From the NCBI GenBank assembly GCA_964606955.1, contig CAZSHZ010000170.1:1-40183 (forward strand): a stretch of DNA of 40,183 bases, read 5' to 3'. The stretch is from an uncultured Nitrospirota bacterium (GTDB lineage Bacteria; Nitrospirota; Nitrospiria; SBBL01; CAZSHZ01). A program made the position numbers and the translations under genes. A model generated the notes under the pieces. That model saw only the letters and a program-made list of their open reading frames with translations, ran no database searches and had not been told where the DNA came from. Position 1 is the first letter of the stretch. Each line of letters begins with the position of its first letter. This document shows, one piece after another, positions 34,645 through 40,183 of this stretch.

Positions 34645-34808
34645 CGCTTAAAAAGGAGCTTTTGGAGATCCTGGCCTGTCCAAAGTGCAAGGGGGAGATC
34701 CGACTGACGGAGAAATCGGACGGCCTTGCCTGTGACCGCTGCCGCCTGGTCTATCCGATCCGAGACGACATCCCGGTGATGCTGATCGAGGAGGCCCGTC
34801 CCTTTTAG
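34641..34808 (+). CDS. Trm112/YcaR (UPF0434) family small zinc-ribbon protein, 55 aa, not in the supplied ORF track
   Basis: ATGA overlap with the upstream gene and RBS AGGAGGGA at 34631-34638. Translation: [55 protein letters not shown], the family's typical LLxILxCPxCKG...YPIxDxIPVML pattern. Confidence 0.85.
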   Translation: MTLKKELLEILACPKCKGEIRLTEKSDGLACDRCRLVYPIRDDIPVMLIEEARPF

Positions 34809-35576
34809 ATGCCTTCCGAAAAGATCTCGGTCACGATCATTACCCACAACGAGGAGGCCTCGATCGGCCGGGCGCTTCAGAGCGCTTCCTGGGCCGATGA
34901 GATCGTCGTGGTCGATTCCATGAGCACGGATCGGACCGCCGAGATCTGCCGGGAGCGGGGGGCGCGGGTCATCCGGCATCCATGGGAGGGATATGCGCCA
35001 CAGAAAAACCGCGCGATCTCGCTTGCCTCGCACGATTGGATCTTCAGCCTGGATGCGGACGAGCGGGTGACCCCCGCGCTCGCCGAGGAGATCCGTAAAG
35101 AGATGACGGAGGGGCCGCGGAGGGAGGGATATTACATCCCTCGGAAGAATTTCTTTCGGGGGAGATGGATCCGGCACGGCGGATGGTGGCCGGATTACAC
35201 CCTCCGCCTCTTTGATCGGAGAAGGGGAAAATTCGCCGAACGACTGGTCCACGAGACCGTCATCCTCGAGGGACGGGCCGGCTACCTCGACCACCCGCTC
35301 GAGCACTTTACCTACGATTCCATCGAGGATTTTCTCGCGCGTGCCCAGAACTATTCGCGCCTGGCCGCCCAGGAGATGGCCCTGCAGGGGAAATCGGAGC
35401 GGCTGGCCGACCTTCTCTTCCGGCCGCCGGCGACGTTCATCAGGATGTATCTGCTGAAGGGGGGATTTCGCGACGGCCGAGACGGATTCATTCTCGCCAT
35501 GCTCTACTCTTATTACACCTTCTTGAAGTATGCGCGGCTGGGGGAGAGGGGGAGACCCGGCGATGAGGGTGTTTGA
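34809..35576 (+). CDS. Family 2 glycosyltransferase (LPS core type)
   Basis: ISVTIITHNEEASIGRAL...VVVDSMSTDRT...LDADE (DxD), the GT-A/GT2 signature. The ATG directly follows the previous stop. Confidence 0.88.
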   Translation: MPSEKISVTIITHNEEASIGRALQSASWADEIVVVDSMSTDRTAEICRERGARVIRHPWEGYAPQKNRAISLASHDWIFSLDADERVTPALAEEIRKEMTEGPRREGYYIPRKNFFRGRWIRHGGWWPDYTLRLFDRRRGKFAERLVHETVILEGRAGYLDHPLEHFTYDSIEDFLARAQNYSRLAAQEMALQGKSERLADLLFRPPATFIRMYLLKGGFRDGRDGFILAMLYSYYTFLKYARLGERGRPGDEGV

Positions 35577-36102
35577 AGGGCTGGCCGATCATGTGAGCCG
35601 GCACCGGATCACCACCAGCTTCGTCCTCGGCGTCCCTGCGGCGGTTCTGGCGGAGCCGACCGGCGCCTCGATTGCGCTGGGGCTTCTTCCGGTAGCGGCG
35701 GGCGCCGCGCTTAGGATCTGGTCCTCCGGCTGCATCGAAAAGGGGGTCTCCCTGACCCTCTGTGGCCCCTATGCCCTCTCGCGGCATCCCCTCTATTTCG
35801 GGAACTTTCTTCTCGGCCTGGGGTTCGCGATCATGACGAACAGATTGTGGATTGTCCTTGTCTATGTCGGACTCTTCGCGTTTATCTACGACGCAACCAT
35901 CGAAAACGAGGAGCGAAAACTTTCCGAGAAGTTCGGCCTGGCGTTCGAGCGATACGCGCGCTCAGTCCCCAGATTCTTTCCGCGCCTGAAGGTCCCCTCG
36001 TTCTCCGGATTCGATTGGCAACTCGTCCGCCGCCATCAGGAGGAGCGGACCTGGGCGGCGATCGTCGGCCTGCTCCTCTTTTTCGTCATCCGGGCCCGAT
36101 GA
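35563..36102 (+). CDS. ICMT/PEMT-family membrane methyltransferase-like protein (paralog 2), inside the LPS core cluster
   Basis: LRIWSSGCIEK...CGPYALSRHPLYFGNFLLGLGFAI...NEERKLSEKFGLAFERYARSVPRFFPRL. Same architecture as the 5958-6539 product. ATG at 35563 overlaps the GT2 end by 14 nt. Confidence 0.78.
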   Translation: MRVFEGLADHVSRHRITTSFVLGVPAAVLAEPTGASIALGLLPVAAGAALRIWSSGCIEKGVSLTLCGPYALSRHPLYFGNFLLGLGFAIMTNRLWIVLVYVGLFAFIYDATIENEERKLSEKFGLAFERYARSVPRFFPRLKVPSFSGFDWQLVRRHQEERTWAAIVGLLLFFVIRAR

Positions 36103-37172
36103 ATCGTATCCTCCTGGTAAAGCTTCGTCACATTGGAGACGTTCTGATGATGGTCCCGGCGATCCGCGCCCTCCGGCGCGCGTTCCCCGGCGCCCACATC
36201 GCCGCTCTGGTCAACCGGGGGACCGAGGCGATGCTGACAGAAAATCCGCTCATCGACGAGATCATCACGTTCGATCGATCGATCCTGGGGCTCCCGCTCG
36301 TCGCTCGCTGGCGGGCCGAGCTCCGGTTCATCCGCGGGATTCGGCAAAGGAGATTCGACGCGGTCTTCGACTTCACCAGCGGAGACCGCGCGGCGTTGTA
36401 CGCCTTTCTCTCGGGCGCTTCGGTTCGAGTCGCGTACGATCTCGGACAGGGTTTCTTCGGGAAGCGCCTTCTCTACACGCATCGTGTCCCGCTTGCGAGC
36501 CGACGGCTGCACGCGGTTGAAAAGGACTTGCAGCTTGTCCGGGCGCTCGGATGCGACGTCGAGGATCAATCGCTCGCCCTCTACTGGTCTGCGCAGGAGG
36601 ATGAATTTGTCCGCCTCCTCTTTTCTGCGGAAGAGGTCGAGGAGGAGGAGATGAAGGTCCTCGTCCATCCGACCTCCCGGTGGCTCTTCAAGTGCTGGCG
36701 TGACGAGGCGATGGGGGAGATTATCTCCCGGCTTGCCGCGCAGCGGGTTCGAGTATTTCTCACCTCCGCCCCCGACTCACGGGAGATCGAGCGGGCGCGG
36801 AGGGTTCGTTCGCTTGCCCAAGGAGCCGTCATCGACCTGACCGGGCGCCTCTCGCTTAAACAGTTGGCTGCCCTGATTGCAAGATGCGATCTCTTCATCG
36901 GCGTGGACTCCGCGCCGATGCATATCGCGGCGGCCGTCGGGACCCCCGTCGTGGCGCTCTTCGGTCCCTCGGGGGAGATCCACTGGGGTCCGTGGGGGAG
37001 GGCACGGGATGGGGAGCGCCATACCGTCGTGGCCGAGAGGCGCTTTATCTGCCGCCCCTGCGGAAAGGCCGGCTGCAACGATTCAAAGAAGAGCGACTGC
37101 CTGGATGAGTTGCCGGTCGACCGCGTATGGGAGGCCATCAAGAGACGCCTCCCGCAGAGATCGGCTCGATGA
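36099..37172 (+). CDS. GT9 ADP-heptose:LPS heptosyltransferase (WaaQ/RfaQ-like)
   Basis: MNRILLVKLRHIGDVLMMVPAIRAL (KLRHxGD as in heptosyltransferase III), ...GVDSAPMHIAAAVGTPVVALFGP. ATGA overlap with the upstream gene. Confidence 0.88.
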   Translation: MNRILLVKLRHIGDVLMMVPAIRALRRAFPGAHIAALVNRGTEAMLTENPLIDEIITFDRSILGLPLVARWRAELRFIRGIRQRRFDAVFDFTSGDRAALYAFLSGASVRVAYDLGQGFFGKRLLYTHRVPLASRRLHAVEKDLQLVRALGCDVEDQSLALYWSAQEDEFVRLLFSAEEVEEEEMKVLVHPTSRWLFKCWRDEAMGEIISRLAAQRVRVFLTSAPDSREIERARRVRSLAQGAVIDLTGRLSLKQLAALIARCDLFIGVDSAPMHIAAAVGTPVVALFGPSGEIHWGPWGRARDGERHTVVAERRFICRPCGKAGCNDSKKSDCLDELPVDRVWEAIKRRLPQRSAR

Positions 37173-38356
37173 GTTATACGTTCATCTACCTCCACCGCCT
37201 CCACTTCCCTTCCGAATCAGGGCAGACGATCCAGGTCCTCCGTCACTATCATGCCCTGGCGGTGCGGGGGGAGACGGTCCATATCTACTATCGGGCCCGC
37301 TCCCCCCTTTCCGAGTCTGAAGTCGATTCGACATTGAAGTTCTACGGTCTTGCGCCGCTTCCCACTTTTCATCTGCACTGCATTGAAGATGGGATTTTAG
37401 GAGGAGTGCGGCTGCGGAACGCGGCGAGGGGCCTGGTCCGATCCGCCGACAGCCGTGGGCCTGTCATACTGGTCGCGCGGACGCTTTCGGGCGCCGAGGA
37501 TGCGCTCGCGGTTCGCGACGGCGCGCGGGACCGGCCGATCTCCGTTTTCCTTGAACTCCACGAGACGGCGATCCCCCACCTGGTCTATCGAGAAGAGGGG
37601 AGGGGCCTTAAGGCCTGGTGGGCCTTTCGAAAGGAGGTGAAGCTCTTCCGAAACGTCGACGGGATTATCTGCACGACGCGGCCCCAGTCGACGCTTCTGG
37701 ATGAATTATTTCCGCGACACGCCCCAGTTGTGCTTTTACCCAATGGAGTCCCGCTTGAGATGTTTAAGGACGCTCGTGGCGCGCAACGAACGGATGATCT
37801 CTTTCGTCTGCGATACGCCGGGCAACTCTCCGGATGGAAAAATATCGAGATCCTGGTTGAGGTCTTGTGCCATCTCCCCTCTCGTACGCTCCTGGAGATT
37901 GCAGGGGGAAAAAAGGAAGACGGCCGCAGGAGGGATCTGGCGGCTCTAGCGGGGAGGCTCGGTGTTTCGGCGCGTGTCCATGACCTCGGCTTTCTCTCCC
38001 CCGGCGAGGTGCCCGATTTTCTTGCAGGCGCCGACTGCCTCCTCCTCCCCTTGGGAGACAATGTGAGATCGCGGTATTTTACCTCGCCGATGAAGCTCTT
38101 CGAATATGCGGCGAGCGGCGTCCCGATGGTGGTGACACGTCAGCCGAGCACCTTGAGCCTTCTGGAGGAAGGGGTCCATGCCCTCATGGCAGAGCCGAAT
38201 TCGTCCGACGATATGGCCAAGGCGATTCGACGGCTGATGTCCGAGCCTCTTCTGGGGAGGAGGCTTGCCGATAACGCGCTGGGATGGGTGGTTCAGCATT
38301 CTTTGGAGGCCCGCGCGCAGAGGTACCTGGAGTTCATCGAGGAGCGGATCGGATGA
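37169..38356 (+). CDS. GT4-family (GT-B) glycosyltransferase
   Basis: GT-B fold C-terminal domain with ...LLLPL......SPMKLFEYAASGVPMVV (the E-x7-E region). ATGA overlap with the upstream gene. Confidence 0.82.
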   Translation: MSYTFIYLHRLHFPSESGQTIQVLRHYHALAVRGETVHIYYRARSPLSESEVDSTLKFYGLAPLPTFHLHCIEDGILGGVRLRNAARGLVRSADSRGPVILVARTLSGAEDALAVRDGARDRPISVFLELHETAIPHLVYREEGRGLKAWWAFRKEVKLFRNVDGIICTTRPQSTLLDELFPRHAPVVLLPNGVPLEMFKDARGAQRTDDLFRLRYAGQLSGWKNIEILVEVLCHLPSRTLLEIAGGKKEDGRRRDLAALAGRLGVSARVHDLGFLSPGEVPDFLAGADCLLLPLGDNVRSRYFTSPMKLFEYAASGVPMVVTRQPSTLSLLEEGVHALMAEPNSSDDMAKAIRRLMSEPLLGRRLADNALGWVVQHSLEARAQRYLEFIEERIG

Positions 38357-39465
38357 GAATCCTCCATACCGAGGCCTCGACCGGATGGGGGGGACAGGAG
38401 ATCCGGATCCTTCTGGAAGGGGAGGAGATGATCCGCAGAGGGCATTCGGTCACCCTTGCCGCCGATCCCGCCTGCCGGCTTTTTTCAGAGGCGCGATCCA
38501 GGGGCTTTCGTCTGATCCCCTGCTGTTTCGAGCGGCGGCGGCCATTCCGGGCGATCGGAGAAGTGATGCAAGCGATCCACGCGGAGGAGATCGGGCTGGT
38601 CGTGACCCACTCCTCCCTCGATGCCTGGCTGGGCGGTCTGGCGGCCCGCCTCTCTCGACGACGGCCTTCCCTCGTCCGCCTGCGACATCTTTCGACGCCG
38701 ATCTCAAGGGGATGGTTCGCTTCCCTCTCGCGTTTCCTTTATCTTCAACTGGCGGATCATATTGTAACCACCGGCGAGGAGACGCGGCGCGCCATGATCG
38801 AGCGGAATCGCTTTCCTCAGGAGCGTATCACTTCGATCCCGACCGGTGTCGATCTTTCGCGGTTTGACCCGGTAAGGGTCAACGGAAGCGCGCGCGCCCA
38901 TTTTGGGATCGCCCCCTCGGATCCGGTGATAGTGATTGTGGCGACCCTCCGGTCATGGAAGGGGCATCAGACCCTCCTTGAGGCCTTGCCGGTGGTCCTT
39001 CGGAAAATGCCGCGATGCCGGCTGTTGATTGCCGGGGACGGACCGGCGTGGGGGAGGGTCTCTGACCTCGTGGACCGGCTCGATCTCCGGGAACGGGTGA
39101 TCATGCTCGGGGACCGGAGCGATATCCCGGAGATCCTCGCCTCCGCAGATCTACTGGCTCTCCCCTCCTACGGACATGAAGGGGTTCCGCAAGCCGTCCT
39201 GCAGGCGATGGCGATGGAGAAACCTGTGGTCACCTCTCCTGTCGGTTCTCTTACGGAGGTCGTGGCCGACGGCCGAAACGGGAGACTGATCCCTCCTGGC
39301 GACTCGGCGGCTCTGGCTGCGGCGATCCTCTCGATCCTGCACGATCCGGAGGGGGCCCGGAGAATGGGTCAGGCGGGTCGACGGCTCGTTTTGGAGAGAT
39401 ATTCTCTCTCGACGATGATCGACCGGGTCGAGACCCTCTATCAGAGGCTTTGCGATCGCGCATGA
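38353..39465 (+). CDS. GT4-family glycosyltransferase (LPS core, WaaG-like)
   Basis: MRILHTEASTGWGGQEIRIL N-terminus, ...LLALPSYGHEGVPQAVLQAMAMEKPVVTSPVG... (E-x7-E). ATGA overlap with the upstream gene. Confidence 0.86.
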   Translation: MRILHTEASTGWGGQEIRILLEGEEMIRRGHSVTLAADPACRLFSEARSRGFRLIPCCFERRRPFRAIGEVMQAIHAEEIGLVVTHSSLDAWLGGLAARLSRRRPSLVRLRHLSTPISRGWFASLSRFLYLQLADHIVTTGEETRRAMIERNRFPQERITSIPTGVDLSRFDPVRVNGSARAHFGIAPSDPVIVIVATLRSWKGHQTLLEALPVVLRKMPRCRLLIAGDGPAWGRVSDLVDRLDLRERVIMLGDRSDIPEILASADLLALPSYGHEGVPQAVLQAMAMEKPVVTSPVGSLTEVVADGRNGRLIPPGDSAALAAAILSILHDPEGARRMGQAGRRLVLERYSLSTMIDRVETLYQRLCDRA

Positions 39466-40183
39466 AGATCGCCCTCGTTCGCCGGCGCTATGTGGAGCAT
39501 GGAGGGGCGGAGAGGTATCTCGCCGAGGTCGCTTACATCCTCTCCAAGGAGGGGCACGCGGTTCATCTTCTGGCGCATTCCTGGAGGCCGAGCGATGGAA
39601 TCGTGCTGCATCGTGTGGCGATGACCCCGTGGCCGGCTGTTCTGCGCCTCTGGTCGTTTGATCGGAACGTTGAGCGGATCGTTGAGCGGGAACGGTTCGA
39701 CCGGGTCTTCTCGTTCGAGCGGGTCAGGATGTTCGATCTCTTCCGGGCAGGGGACGGATGCCACGCGGCGTGGCTTGAGCGCCGCCCTGATCAGGGGCTG
39801 TCCAGACTCCTCCGGAGAGTCAGCCCGCATCATCGCGCCCTTTTGGCCCTTGAGCGCGAGATCTTCGAGCGGGCGAAGGGCGTGGTTTCTTCAGCGAGCG
39901 AGGCGAGCGAGAGGGGGAGGCTCCAGCCGGCTTTGCCGGTGGAGGGGGCGACGCCGGGGGTCCCCGAGCGCTGTGCGCTCGGGGCAGGAGCCCCTATAAT
40001 CGTGGCGAATTCGAAGATGGTTAAAGAGGAGATCATCCGGATCTACGGGGTTGGGCCCGAGCGGATTGCGGTGGTTTACAACGGCGTCGACACAGATCGC
40101 TTCTCTCCCGCGGTGCGCTCGGCGTTGCGCGAGCGGACGCGTGAGCGGCTGGGGCTTGCGGCGGGCGATCGCCTCTTGCTGTT
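39462..40183 (+). CDS. GT4-family glycosyltransferase, 5' partial (runs off window); carries an in-frame repeat insertion
   Basis: ATGA overlap with the previous gene, and the frame is open to the window end. Translation begins MKIALVRRRYVEHGGAERYLAEV...HHRALLALEREIF and continues ...IIVANSKMVKEEIIRIYGV...VVYNGVDTDRF, typical GT4. Absent from the ORF track because it has no stop in the window. Confidence 0.85.
   Translation, partial: MKIALVRRRYVEHGGAERYLAEVAYILSKEGHAVHLLAHSWRPSDGIVLHRVAMTPWPAVLRLWSFDRNVERIVERERFDRVFSFERVRMFDLFRAGDGCHAAWLERRPDQGLSRLLRRVSPHHRALLALEREIFERAKGVVSSASEASERGRLQPALPVEGATPGVPERCALGAGAPIIVANSKMVKEEIIRIYGVGPERIAVVYNGVDTDRFSPAVRSALRERTRERLGLAAGDRLLL
39927..39984 (+). repeat. 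Repeat copy E (compound: B-like hairpin plus GGGGTCCCC hairpin) inside the GT4 coding sequence
   Basis: CCGGC-TTT-GCCGG followed by TGGAGGGGGCGAC closely matches the tail of copy B. Then GGGGGT, stem CCCCGAGCGC (39962-39971), loop TGT, stem GCGCTCGGGG (39975-39984), perfectly complementary. Confidence 0.75.

Noticed and set aside
1-40183. I looked for CRISPR arrays, tRNA/rRNA genes, integrases or transposases, toxin-antitoxin pairs, reverse transcriptases and known defence-system genes.
   Set aside because: No regularly spaced repeats were seen. No cloverleaf-sized conserved intergenic segments exist, since the intergenic gaps are short and are accounted for. No recombinase, RT or nuclease signatures appeared in any supported ORF. 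RadC here has the ordinary housekeeping architecture.

Overview
GC-rich chromosomal segment from a diderm (Gram-negative-type) bacterium, almost entirely coding. I saw no rRNA, tRNA, CRISPR array, transposase or prophage gene. The left half (1-19.7 kb) holds housekeeping genes: dnaE-accA on the minus strand, purH-purD, purE, tsaC, and an rsmD-coaD-aminotransferase-FmdB zinc-ribbon operon on the minus strand. Mixed in are envelope genes: an OMP beta-barrel overlapping a Tyr/Pro-rich lipoprotein, an ICMT-like methyltransferase coupled to a kinase-like protein, and a PAP2 phosphatase. The same half carries a HAMP histidine kinase / sigma-54 NtrC-type regulator pair, two small genes preceded by sigma-54-type promoters, and radC. 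The right half (19.8-40.2 kb) is one co-directional, largely translationally coupled outer-membrane/LPS array: bamA-skp-lpxD-fabZ-lpxA-(lpxI::Gfo/Idh/MocA fusion)-lpxB-msbA-waaA-lpxK-lpxL-like-(waaF::gmhB fusion)-trm112-like-GT2-ICMT-like-GT9-GT4-GT4-GT4 (last gene runs off the window). The main signal not explained by gene content is a five-copy family of plus-strand hairpin repeats anchored on GGGGTCCCC. Their stems differ between copies but stay complementary. Two copies carry a conserved G-tract (G-quadruplex-type) module directly after stop codons, and two are embedded in frame in coding sequence (the msbA C-terminal tail and an insertion inside the last GT4 gene). Three real-looking genes are absent from the supplied ORF track: a 58-aa zinc-ribbon gene, a 55-aa Trm112-like gene, and the terminal partial GT4 gene. 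Everything here comes from reading the sequence by eye; no searches or folding calculations were run.
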